Shown here one piece after another: positions 23,600-36,101 of a stretch of 64,000 bases of DNA. The notes beneath the pieces are model-generated. The model saw nothing but the letters and a program-made list of their open reading frames with translations, searched no databases and had not been told where the DNA came from. Origin of the DNA: Lama glama (taxonomy: Eukaryota); contig CM052817.1 of the NCBI GenBank assembly GCA_028534125.1, forward strand, positions 88,290,001 through 88,354,000, in the 5' to 3' direction. Position numbers and translations under genes: made by a program. Position 1 is the stretch's first letter, and every line of letters begins with the position of its first letter.

Positions 23600-26500
23600 T
23601 TTTCTGACACATTCCTGTTTATTCCACAAAATCATTTAAGCTATGAATAAATTAGTCTCAAGTTATAATTCAGTACATGCACAGTGAAAGTATTGAGGTT
23701 TTGTTCCTTTTCTTCTTTGGCTCAGTTCTCCCTCCACTTGGAGGGAAACTGGCCTTTCTCTGCCTGAAAACTCTGGAGCCCCTTTCCTGAGGACTTTGCC
23801 TTCCAGTGGACCACCCAGTCTCCCCAAGATTCACTTCATCTCCTCATCACCACCAGGCTTATAACTAGAGGTCAGATTCCTGTGTACCTGGAGGGAAGAG
23901 AAGAATTAAAAGGTCTTCCCAGGGAGACATAGTGAGTTAAGTAAATGTGTTCCATGATCTTAACAATTTATATCAGGGCCTTAACAACCTATATCAGGAA
24001 TGTAGAGAAATAGTTGTGTAGTGTAATAAAACATAATTTGGCCTGTATAATTAGAAATATATTTTTTTTCCTGAAGTGGATGAGTAGGCATCAAATTTGA
24101 ATGATTGCAATCGAAAATGAAGGTCTTGCAAAACTTTCCAAATTCAAACGAATTCATAGGCCCAAAATGCTTTGCGAAATAGCCTAGTTTCAATTGAAGA
24201 AGAATCTGGCTCTATTGACATAAATGTATATTGTAGATCTCTTTTTAAGCCTTCCTCAGAGGGACTTAGCAGATGATACCGGTTGACTTTGTTCTGAGGA
24301 AATGTAAATATTCATACTTCGGGGGGATTATTAGATACTAGCTCTCTGGGTTGACATTGGGTGGTCCATCTTTCAGTGTATGGCCCAATGAACATCAGAG
24401 TTCTCTAGTGATCAGAGAGGTTTTAGAGTTTTTATATTAAGAGTAGGCCAATTAGATTCACCTGTCAATCTTCTGCTTTCCCCTAGTTCTTAAAAGGGAT
24501 TATACACAACAATGAATATAATCCCCAGGACACTGAGTGTTTTAATTATTGTTAGGAAGAGTCACTTAAGAACCCCTGGACCTGACCCTTCCTATCAAAT
24601 TAGTAAAGCAAAGGCAAAACTATATCCAATATTTGAGGGTGATACTATCTACTACATTGATGGTTAGCAGGAAAATAGCTATTCATCATTTTAAATTTAA
24701 TGAAATGGTGAATCCAGTTGCAGCTACCATTCTAGTTTTGGTACCTTGGAGCAAATGAGTTTGGGCTATTGGCTTGGCACTTATATCACTCTTCACATAC
24801 ATTAGCAAGGACTTCCAGAAGTAGCCTACATTCACGAAAAGGGAGAGCAGTAGATCTTCATGATACGAATTTAGGACCATGCCTCTATTCTAGTCTGTCA
24901 AAATATGGTGCATGGAGTTATTGATTGTCCAGACAAGCCATTTAACATCACTCTTGAAAACTCCTTGAATAATGTCATGATATTTTGATGTGGTGAGTAG
25001 GGGTAGTATATAACTGAGATATTTTAGCAAAACATATATGCCTAAGGGTGAAAGGTAAAACCTCAAAATTTAGGAGTTTTCTACGATAGTGAAATTCCAT
25101 TTAGCAGTCAAGTGCTGTGCTTCTCAAGCTCAAATGTGCATACACACAAATCATGGAGGATTTTGTAAATGTGCATATTGTGATAGAGTAGGTCTGTGAT
25201 AAAGCTTGAGATACTGCATTCTTCACAAGCTACTAGGTAATGCTGGTGCTGCTTTTGGTGAGCCCTCCTTTAAGGAGGAAGGGGCTAACTTCTAAATTTG
25301 AAAATAACTTACTGCATCTTGTACCACTTGCCAGTTAGAAGAAGATACAATGTTAAGTAAGCCTCTCAAGATTTTAGAAGTAAAATGTATCATATCTGGG
25401 TGAGCTTCGTCAAACCATTCCTCCAGTAATTTGAGAGATTTCCAGCTTCTAAGAGTGTGAAAAACCAAAGAAGTATGCTAAGTCCAGGTTGCAGTGCAAG
25501 TTTCTTGGCAGACCTTATGCACAACATATCCAATGGTGTCCCACACATTTCTGGTGGGTACAAAGTAGCAGTCAGTTCCTAAAAGGAGAATCACAGCACA
25601 GGAGTTTTCATATAATTTATTCCTTAGCTGATAAATAATCTCCTTAGGTCTCATTCCTGGGCCTTGTTAGTGATTTTATGATTTATTCGGGACTCCAAAT
25701 GGTATTTGATCAAAGCAGCCTCTTATACACTGATTTATTTTTCTCCCACAAAACTCGGTGTGAATAGCATCTCTGCAGTATGAAATGGAGGTGAGATTGT
25801 GCACAAACAGGGCTGAAACAAGTTTTCAGTGGATGACTCAGACTCTCACAACACCTCCCACAGTGCATAGCTGCTCTGGCCTTTTCCCACACTACCACCT
25901 CAGGAACGATAAACTGTCAAGAGTTGAGGGAAGAAGTAAACTATTTCTTGGGCCGGTATGAAATCCTGCCATCAGGTAGAAGTAGGCTCTTACAGCACTT
26001 CAGCCCCTTGCATGGCTGGCCCTAAAGGACAACGGTAAAGGAAAATACTTCTGGAGGCAGGATTTTAGCAGGACATCCAGTTATGCATTTCACATGGAAG
26101 GAGAAAAGACATAACTAAATAATTTGCAAGGCCTCTTGGTTTGGCTAGTTGGTAAGGGACTAGAAAGAAATTGTGAGATTTGACAAAAGGATATGTTGAA
26201 GGAATATATGGTTGGGTTTCTCATAATGAGCACCAAGTTTGCAGATGTTTGTGGCCCTTATGAAAGTTTACATACATCGCTGCATTGCAGAGGGATCCCT
26301 CAATGTTCAGGTGGGCCATGTGGTTCATCTTTGGGGTATTAGCCTGCTTTTATCATCAGCCCTCCTGGTGCTTACAGGATGAATCCATGTGCAAAGTGGC
26401 CATGGTAGCAGAGTTTGAGGTTAAGCATGAGCTCGACAAACAAAATTTGTCCTCATCAAAATCTGGTTTACTGACATGGCTGAAGGCCAGACGTGGAAAA

Positions 26501-26830
26501 AGCAGAAGTCAAGTCTATGCTCTGCTATGGCACCATTCTCCGGGGGGATCATTCACTCCACTGGTGGCAAGTTGATTATGTTGAACTCTTCCCATTGGAT
26601 GTCTTCTGTCATGCAAGAGGCAACAACTTGGCCTCTCTAGTATAGGCATCTATTCTAGTAACCACCATTTCTATGCCCTGATGGCCGTGATTCTGCCAGC
26701 ATTGCCATCTAAGACCTGTTGAATGCCTTGTTCATTGTCCTGATGTTCTGAACATGTTTCCAAACAAGGAACAGATTTCATAGCAAAAGAAGTATAACAG
26801 TATACTCACACCCATGGAATTCACTGCCCA
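23600..26830 (+). mobile_element. Ancient ERVL internal region (gag-pro-pol relic, many stops and frameshifts)
   Basis: Collinear motifs: gag-like 'aggcttataactaga' (about 23860); protease 'ggattattagatactagctct' = GLLDTSS (about 24325); RT 'aaatttaatgaaatggtgaatccagttgcagct'; RNase H-like 'aaggacaacggtaaaggaaaa..catttcacatggaaggagaaa'; integrase 'tggtggcaagttgattat' = WWQVDY and 'caaggaacagatttcatagcaaaagaagta..catggaattcac' = QGTDFIAKEV..HGIH. Confidence 0.85.
25112..25287. mobile_element. MER5-like hAT-Charlie MITE nested in ERVL pol
   Basis: 'gtgcttctcaagctcaaatgtgcatac..aatcatggagga..agtaggtctg..tgagatactgcattcttcacaagct..aggtaatgctggtgctgct'. Confidence 0.75.
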
Positions 26831-29149
26831 AACAACACAATTCAATACTCAGTCATTTAAGTTACCTGGAGTGAATGGAAGGGGAAAAGCTCCATAAAGT
26901 TAAAGATATCATACAAAGAGACTGGAATGAGAAAAATCAGAATATTTCCTTTATTTCTTTCATTTTTTTGCAAAGATACCCTCAAGTTGTAATCAGTTCA
27001 TGGGCATTTTATTCTCAAATTGCCAGTATTATTAAAAAAAAATCTTTCAGGATTATTGTGATGTATTTAAGCTAATTTTACATGTATTTACTTTATGTCT
27101 AATTAATTTCACAAGAAAATTGGAATGGGCTAAGTGGTGGTGGTTACAAGGTGAACCTCTGCAGCGCAAAAAAAAGCAGTTTTGTGAACTCAAGCTGTCA
27201 TAATTACTGACAGCATGTAAGTGCAAAGTGCAGTTTGTTATGCATATTAATTACTTTATATCTGTGGTATCTCTGTAGGATTCAAATGTGAAGATAGTGA
27301 AGTAACTTATTCCGTTCATTAAATCATTTAAAATATTTACATTGTGTTCACACTAAGCCAGTATTTTGCTCAATGTTGGGTATATAAATTAATACAAATT
27401 ATTAATCTCAAGTTTATTACCTTAACTCTAATTTCCTAGTCACCACTCTTCTCAGATGTAGTTCACTGACAGTACTGTCAGGATTTTCAAGATTTATAAA
27501 TATCAATGCCACAGTAACCATAGGCAGCTATAAAATGCTGATCCCCAAAATATATTTAGCTAGCCATCAGTAACAAAATCAGAGGCCAAGTGTACATGGG
27601 AATCTCACCATCGTCATATATCTGTAATATATTAAGATACTTGCCCTTTAAAGATTTTTGAAATGTATTGTTTTACTTTATATTTCACTGTATCTTACCT
27701 ACTTTTTTTTAAAAATTGTGCTGATCTATTCATAACATTTTCCCTCAGTAGAGTCCTCACTTTATTAGGATTCCTTTTTTTAATCTTGTTTTCCTTGCTT
27801 TTTTATTACAAATGAGTGGCATTTGATCTTTGTTATCAAATTTTGACATGATTTTTTTTTGAGAACTAACAGTATCCTTTAGCTTCCATTGAAAATTGAC
27901 TTTGTTATGCTTTCTAATCAACTAACCATAGAATTGATATCCTCAGCCATCATAGTTATCTCCAGAAGATGCAGAACTCAAAATAAAAACTAATTTAAAA
28001 GGTAGGAAAGAAGAGAGCTAAATATCACTCTACATTTATGATCTCTTTATATTCTCTCTGTGGACAAGATGGCTGTTAACGTTGCCAGTTATACAACTTT
28101 TCTTTTTCATCTTTTTTTCCCCTCTGCATTATGATCATATGCAATGTGAAAAAGTGCTCTCAATTTACTTTGTCGGCCAATAGTAGCAGAGCCTTTCCTG
28201 AGATACTTCATTTTGCTTTTCTCTCTAGTTTTCTTAGCAGGTATTTTCTTTGCATTGTTCCAGTTCTACTCTGTCCCTGATCAATTAAATGCTCTGTGTG
28301 GCACCGTCTATAGCTAATGTGAGGGTCACCTCCAGAGTCCCTCATGCTGTTTTTCCCTCCACATCTGTAGAACCTTTTTTGTACCCCAACCTTTTGTGGT
28401 TCTTTGAAGCCTTCTCATTTTGCGGCTCACTAACTCAGGTCACGAAGCTGCCATGGTGGGGTAGGTGGACCTTTCTTTGAGGATAAACTTTTTATCTTTT
28501 TTCTAGACTTAGTGCTAATTGCAACCTAGAGGGAATCACATAAAAAGGAAATTGGTGTCTAAATTGTTTGCTAATGCCACTGAAATTGTGTTTAGCTAAT
28601 GCGTATTAGATACTTGAGAATTATTGTGATGAAGGATAATAAGTTTTCAGTGCTTGTAGCCAGAAGATAATTTAGATAAGAGTTAGAAAAATGCATGCTT
28701 TATGTGAATATGTAACCTTTTTTAGGACTAACACTTTACATCAAAATAATAATAAACAGATTCGGTGAAATACGGTATCTATCTATCTTACATCTTAACA
28801 CACTGATGTGGCAAACCATCGATAGAGGCCATAAAATTAATACACATTTAAAATGTTTTCTTAGTCTATTTATTATATACAAATATATAAATATGTATTG
28901 ATATGTCTACAAATTCAGTTGAACTCTGTGCTTGTGCAGAGAAATTTGAATGTTAGGAATATAACTAACGTGAAGATATTATTTTAAAATTCTGATTTTT
29001 ATGTACATAATTATAATAATATAAATACCACCTCTTCCTCAAATTTCTCTATTTTATATGTAGACATATACATGACTACATTCTTTCAAGTAATTTCCAG
29101 CTATTCTAGTTATTGATTCTCTTCTTCGTTTAAAAGGATGAAATGCAGA

Positions 29150-29900
29150 CCTTCACCTTCTTGTCTTTGGAAATGTTTCCTCTGCACAAAATAGATTTCT
29201 CTCTAATCCTCCACCCAACCCCAGTGCTAAAAGATATATTTGGATACTCTTCTCTCCACTGAATTCTAGACTCATATACTTCACTGAGTACTTGACATCT
29301 TCATCTAGACATCTACCAGACTTTTAAAACTTAACAGGTCTGAAGATAACTCCTGATTTTCCCCTGACGAGGTATTCTCCCTTAGTTGTCCCCATATGAG
29401 TACTTGGCATCATCATATACTAAATTGCTCACAGCAAATATCCTATACCTTCTACCTTCAGTTAATCTGCTATACTTGTTGGCTCTATTTCTAAATTCAT
29501 TTCAGACGTGTCCTTTGTTTATTTCCACTGCCATCTACTTGCCCAAATTATCTGCACAATTACATGAAGCCTTACAACAATCTAGTCTCTGTGCTTTCCC
29601 TCCTGTCCCCTATGGTTTACTCTTCTTAAGGTAAACAGAGTACCTTTTTAAATGTAAATTACACATGTACCATTCTGCTTGAAACCTACCAATGATTTTC
29701 CATGACAGGTAGAAAAATATAATTATATTTCAGCCTGAAAACCCCTAAATGATATGGAGTCCGCTCACTGCTGTAACTTTATTTCCCTCCACACTCCTGT
29801 GTTCTTTATATCCGTACTGTCTTTTTTCTTTAGTCAGAACATGTCAGGTTTTTTTTTTTCCCCACTTCATAATTCTAGATTTGAACCATGATTCAGTGTC
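29150..29900 (+). mobile_element. L2 fragment
   Basis: 'tctctccactgaattctagactcatat..tacttgacatct..aaacttaacaggtctgaagataactcctgattttccc'. Confidence 0.75.
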
Positions 29901-32900
29901 ATGCTTTCATCTATTAAACTAATCTTTTGAATGAGTAAATCTTAGAAAATTATCCACATGATCAAAAATTTCCTTAAAGTCAGATATTTGGTTGTGTTAT
30001 TCTGTAATAGTTGAATTATCTAGTCTATTAAGGAGAATAATTATTAAACTCTATACACCATGAATATAAAATTCTATAAAATGCTCCTGTTTATCTCAGT
30101 GTACAAGAAAAAGATGATGTTGACCGGGGAGAAAAAGTAGATTTGATAAACATGTATTTAGTAACTTCTATGCACTAGACATTTGGTTAGGTGTTTTACT
30201 TTATCTCAGTTAACAAAGATTGTTCACATGTTAGATCTATCTCAACTACATTTTTGGATTGTCACGTAATGCTCTGTATACTTTTAGTTTTGAACTTTGA
30301 GAGGAGTTTCGTACAGTCTGAGTGCCTCAACTGAGTACACGGATCCATGGAAAGTATGACAGTTTTACTGGGTAAGGCTTGCTATTCCCTGAGGAATCTA
30401 TGCCTGCCAATAGCTACAATTCTCCTAGAGAACAAGGAATCTTAACTATTTTAGGTTGCACATCCTGTTGAGTATCTATCTGATGACAGCTAAGAAACTT
30501 AACTCCACACTTATTCACTCAGTTTTTCCTTACACCATTTCATAATATTGTGGACTGCCTGAAGTTTGTCCCATGGGTCTCAAGATTAAAAAAAAAAAAA
30601 TCCTGCTACTGAGATAAATACTTTGCTGAATTACATCTTAATGATTATCACTTACCTTCAACACTTAGTTAACAAAGCCCTGCAAGTCCTACCATTAAGC
30701 TTTCTATCTCTTAGGACCATATGGCTTGAAAGTCTTGCTTAATTAACACCAGAAATACTTCCAGCTAAGAATGTTTTGTGAAATTCTTCTCTGTTCAAGT
30801 CTTAGGTAAGACATAGTTTGGTTACCACTGCTTATCTAAAACCTCTGATGGTGTTTTCTCTTCCTCAGTAACTCTTGTTAATAAAGATTCCGTGAGACAA
30901 ATAGTCAACAAAAGTTCATTTACTTTATGTTCCTTAATTGTGAAGTCTTTTGAGAGCGAAATCTCAGGTGAGCTAATCTCTTGCTTAATACCCAGACAGA
31001 AACATTGGCACAAAACTGATAAATATCATAGAATTCATTAATTCAATATAATAGCATATTCTGTTACATGTTTCTTGATTATTCTGATTAACTTATAAAT
31101 ATGCTGTATTACAAGTTCTCAGTATTACTTCATACCCAACAAAGCATGTATTTCCTTCTCCACTTGTCTCACAGAAACTTGCCTTTCAGTGTGTACTTTG
31201 GTTGATCGCTTCCCTTTAGTTCCTGACATGGTCCCAGTCTGTTGCCCTTTCACCACTTTTGGAACTTTCCATTTTAAAATATTCGTTCTGAGCAGATGGC
31301 ATAATCTATTATTACCAGATCCCCACCAAAACGACTCTGATTCTATCTTAGAAGCAACTATTATTATAGTTCCATTTCTGTCTATTGTATGAAGTGGAAG
31401 GTCATTTAGAACCTTTAGCTCAACCATATCCTCCGTCAGCAATTCCTTTCTCTAGAGTTCTCCTCCCCACGTCCTTTTAATGTCAGTATATTGTTCTGGT
31501 ATAGAAAGAGCACAAGCCCCCTTTCTTTAAATCTTCTTTATTTTCGTATGTACTTATTGAATCACAGCCAGTCTAGGAGGTTTTGTTTTGCTACATGCTC
31601 AGATAAGTATTACCTGACCTGAACTTCAGCACCTCGGAAATCTTGATCCTTAACTTTCTGCACAGCTAGTACCACAGACAGTTATACTGCGTCCTGGATT
31701 AATTCTCTGTGATAAGCTGGGAAGGAGCTTGACCTTTACAGTCATTGCTAATCAAGCAAAACAAATTATCTGCATAGTTCCTTGTGTAAATAGCAGTTAT
31801 GCTGCATCTAATGCCCACGTTGCTCGGTGTTCCATCTCTCTCTTTTTCTCTGCTTCTCAAGAGTTAATATTGTTTTAATTTCCAAATACCTGAGATCTCT
31901 GTCCTCTTGTTAAGAAAGGAACCTTCTGTTAAATGAAAATGTCCTATTATCGAAGTTAAATAAAAATAAATAAATAAATAAATAGGTTAAGATAGTTCTG
32001 GCACAGAGGAATTGTGGCTTTGGATTTCTTTAAATATAAACTTTCCTTTTTTTCTCTAATGTATGTTATTACTGCTTGTCATACACTTTTTTTTTTATCA
32101 TACACTTTCATGATGTAGGTGAAACATTCTGCTTTCTGTAACAACTACTAGTATCTAAAACATATTTTTAACTTTTGTCAAATTTATTAGAGTCTAGGAA
32201 GACTTTTATGTTTGTATTTTTACTTCCTTTGAATGTAGACAGATTTCTTGTAGTTTAAGAGAATATGAAGAAAAACATTCTTGACTTTTTTTAACATTTA
32301 AACTTAATGTTTATTTAGCCCAACCCTCACTGTCCTGGAGAGTAAAATAAATCTGGATGTTCTCAAATTTCCAGCTGTAGAGCTGAAATGTAACTTCTTA
32401 TGCATTGTAAAGACGTACGTTTGTGATTGTGAGGTTATCTTGCTTGAGAAGTGAAACAAAACCCCTTAAATAACATGTATTTCTGCTATAAGATTATATG
32501 AGGTACATTTCAAAATCCATTTTATTAATAAAGTAAGTATACCTTAAGTGAGTAAAGCATGTACAAGTTTTAAGATTATACCTTTTTCCCTCAATCACTG
32601 CTTAGTAATACAATCTATAATTTTAGTTTCTATATTTCTACTAAGATTTTTAAGATCAAACTATCCTAAGGGGAAATATTTTTGTACAACCATTTAGGAG
32701 ACACTGAGATGACATTTTACTGCTCACTGATCCTGTAGGGTATATGAAAGTTATGTAGTAGGCTAAATGTATGATTAAGTATGTTTCCTCATCCAGATTT
32801 AAAATAAATCTTAATCAATCTGGATTTTGTAGAATTTTATGCATCTAATATTACACTTCTGTGCGCACACATTTCTGGGTAAGTTTCTATTTTGGTTTAC

Positions 32901-34899
32901 AAACTGTTTCAACTTTTAATATTTCTGTTTTGCAACTCATCTAAATTAGTATAAGCATTTACATTTTATGGATGAAAATAAGCTACAACTATCAATTGGG
33001 TGACTACTCAAACCACAGAAACTATTCCGCACTTGGAAGATCAGGTTCATAGTTGTTTTAATATCTGTATTTTATGACTTAATCATAAAAATTACACAGT
33101 CAATAAAGAAGTATAGAGTAAGTGTTTACATTTCTTCTGACTATCATTACTTTGCTTGTTAAACAGATTCGTCTAGAATATCCTTTATTTTATGATTAAC
33201 TTCTAGCAAGGAAAAATACATCCAACTTTGAACTGGTAAAATGATTCAGCAGAAGCACCAAAGATTAATGTTGAGTAAAACTTGTCCATTAAACATTGTT
33301 GACATTTGTTATATTTAACTTCATGGGATAATACAAACGTATTTGTAAAGATCATGCCTCAATTTATCTGTTAGCATAGAAAATGTTATTATTTATTAGG
33401 CTAAATTTTAGAAGATAACACTACAACTAATTTATCTTTAAATCAAATGAGAAATATAATTCTAATTTGCTATAAAATAAAACTAGAATGATATGAGTGG
33501 TATGCTTATAAATTTTAAATGTATTTTTGACATCTAATTAATGTATTTTGAACATTTATCAATCTTTCCATCACTTCCAGAAATAAAAGAGTATTATATA
33601 AAACTTGTAAAGGAAAAGGTTGATGAAAAGGCTTTATATTGAAGAAGCATCTTGCTAGTGTGAATGGGTAACCTTCTCCTATTCACTGTGATTTATGAAG
33701 TAATGAGCCTGCTGGAAAAAATCCAGACTTCATCAGGAAAAACAAGGATACTGATGTTCCTCTTGCTTTGGATAAAAAATAATAACAGTAACAAAGATGA
33801 CTTTTCATCAAACTAGTGATAATAGATTGAAACAGCCTTGCTCTGACTTCGAATTGTATGCCTTTACAAGTATTATATTTTCTATTACATTCAGAAATAT
33901 GAGTCATATTTTTCTAAAGTCAGTCTGTTCTAGGTATCAAATAATTCATTAAACATTTTTAGATATATGAGGTTACCTGGATGTGACAACTTAGAAAATT
34001 TCCATTTGTAGTTGAAAACAGGTAATGCCAATCAAAGAAAATAAAGTATTATTTTTACTTATGTTCTCCTAACAGTATCAAAGAGCAAAGCGTCTAGTTG
34101 AGACTTTGGATTTATGAGTAAGCACAGAATGAGCTTATGGCAAGGTGTTTGGGAAATATTAGGGCTACTACAACTGACCACACAAAGTTTAGGTCATTTT
34201 TGGAATTGAGATGCTGTTTTACCAGGTTTAGATTAAGAAAGATTCAGAATATGTGTTTTGAGACATGGACCAAGAAAAACATCTGTTCACTTTATGCATA
34301 AAACAAAGAATTTGGGTTTACCCATGTGACCCAAAGGGTTCCATTTTTTTGATCAATATTCTAGATTAAGGTTTTGTCATCGAAAGGAAGACCATCTTCA
34401 TTTTTAAATAACTTATTATTAAATATGTTCAGGGTTCATATAGTTCAGCTGAATATTGGAAGTTGAGAACTATTAAGCTGGAAAGATTAGTGAATCCTGA
34501 ATAGGTAAATCCTAATAACTAAGAAATTGCCATCAAAATGAACCATTTTTCATCAATAAATAGTCATTAAAGTAATAAAGTCATATTTTCAAAGATGAGC
34601 ATCTCAGTTATATTTATTAATGTATCAGTGTATCAAAATAAAAATAAAATACTTAAATGTGAAATGAAAGATGACTTTAAAAAAAATGGTACATCTTATA
34701 ACCATTAGAATTCATGCTTTGACCAAGTCTCTGTTTTTATTGCTAGTAAACCTTCAAGTGTTTAAAGTAATGTAAATTCCTCCAAGAACCTTGCATTCTC
34801 TACCTTTTAAAAATTCTAATTCTTTCAAAGTCGCCATGAAATAGAATATACCATTGAAGTCTTTCATAGTTATGGTCACTCTATTATGTACTCTAGTTT

Positions 34900-35900
34900 T
34901 CCATCTTTTATAGAATATCTCTGAGTGTATAATCATTACAGATTTTTTCCTGTCCTGTATTTTATAGTTTGTTTATCTGAGATTTCATCATCAGTTAATT
35001 TATTCTGTTTACTTTTATATTAGTACTAGTTGTTTTACTGTTTTTATCTGATACTGATAATTTCTGAGTTATCTCTGGGTTAGTTTCTATGTACACATTT
35101 TATCCAGGTAATGAATCCATTTACATGCTTCCTCATATGTCTATGTTTATTTTATCAGAGGCTGGATATTGTAGACGGCTGATTGTTGAGTGTCTGTATT
35201 ATGTTGTTTTCCTTTAAAGAGTGTAGAGTTTTGTTCTGGCAAGAGTTAATTTACTGGTAGCTCAGCTTTGTCCTGCCAGGACAAGAGTTTAGACTTTGTT
35301 TGGAGTCGTCCATAACTGTAGACTCAAATAGCCCTGTTCTGAAAGCATGGCTTTTGCAGAGATTCAAGAGGATGCCTGAGTGTTTGGCAAGGTTTCCTCC
35401 ACTTTAATGACTTCAACACTGCACAACCTTTACAATCTGTTCATTTCACAGCTCCCAGGAGCTGTTATTTGAGAATAAGAAAAGAAGGAAAAAAAGAGAA
35501 AAAGAAAAAGCCTTCAGAGTTTAGTGCTTTGGATGCACAGGGTAGTATTTGCTTAACAACTAAGGAAGATCCTATCAGTTTCTACTTCTCTGAGCAGCTC
35601 TCTCATTTCTGATCTCCTGCACTATAAATTTCTACCATCTCAGCAGCCCCAACCTCTAATTTCTGTGTGTTCTGCCCAGCAAGAACCCTGTTCTCTGGGC
35701 ACCATTTGCCTTTGCTGAATTTGGAAATTGTTCTAGGTAGAAGGCTAAAGTAAATGTGGAATTCACCTGCATTTCCATTTTCTCAAGAACCATAGACCTG
35801 CACTGTCAGATTTCCAATTCATGGAATTCATGGCTTCATAGATTTCCCAGCTTCATAATTGTTTCCAGCATCAGAATCAGGACCTTGTGAGTGTATAATC
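34900..35900 (-). mobile_element. Ancient L1 (L1ME/L1M-like) 5'-region fragment
   Basis: 'gctggatattgtag..ttgttgagtgtctgtattatgttgttttcctttaaagagtgtagagttttgttctggcaag'. Confidence 0.5.
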
Positions 35901-35974
35901 AGAAAGAAATAATTTTTTGAGAATGAAAATTGAAATGATGAATTGTTAGATGTCCTTTAAACTTCACAAAAAAT

Positions 35975-36100
35975 GTATAAGACTATGCTCATTTTACACA
36001 AATGGAATATGCTCAGAAGAGTTAAGTAAAATCCAGGAATCACATTTAGGAGGGTGGAGTCAGAATTGGAATCCAGATGTGAACAGTTCCAGCATCCGTG
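35975..36100 (-). mobile_element. MIR fragment
   Basis: 'cattttacacaaatggaatatgctcagaagagttaagtaa..ggtggagtcagaattggaatccag'. Confidence 0.65.
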
Positions 36101-36101
36101 T

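Noticed and set aside
31125..31442. 105-aa minus-strand ORF
   Set aside because: No recognisable family or exon structure. The length is compatible with chance, and the surrounding 30.2-31.7 kb may be an unidentified old repeat.
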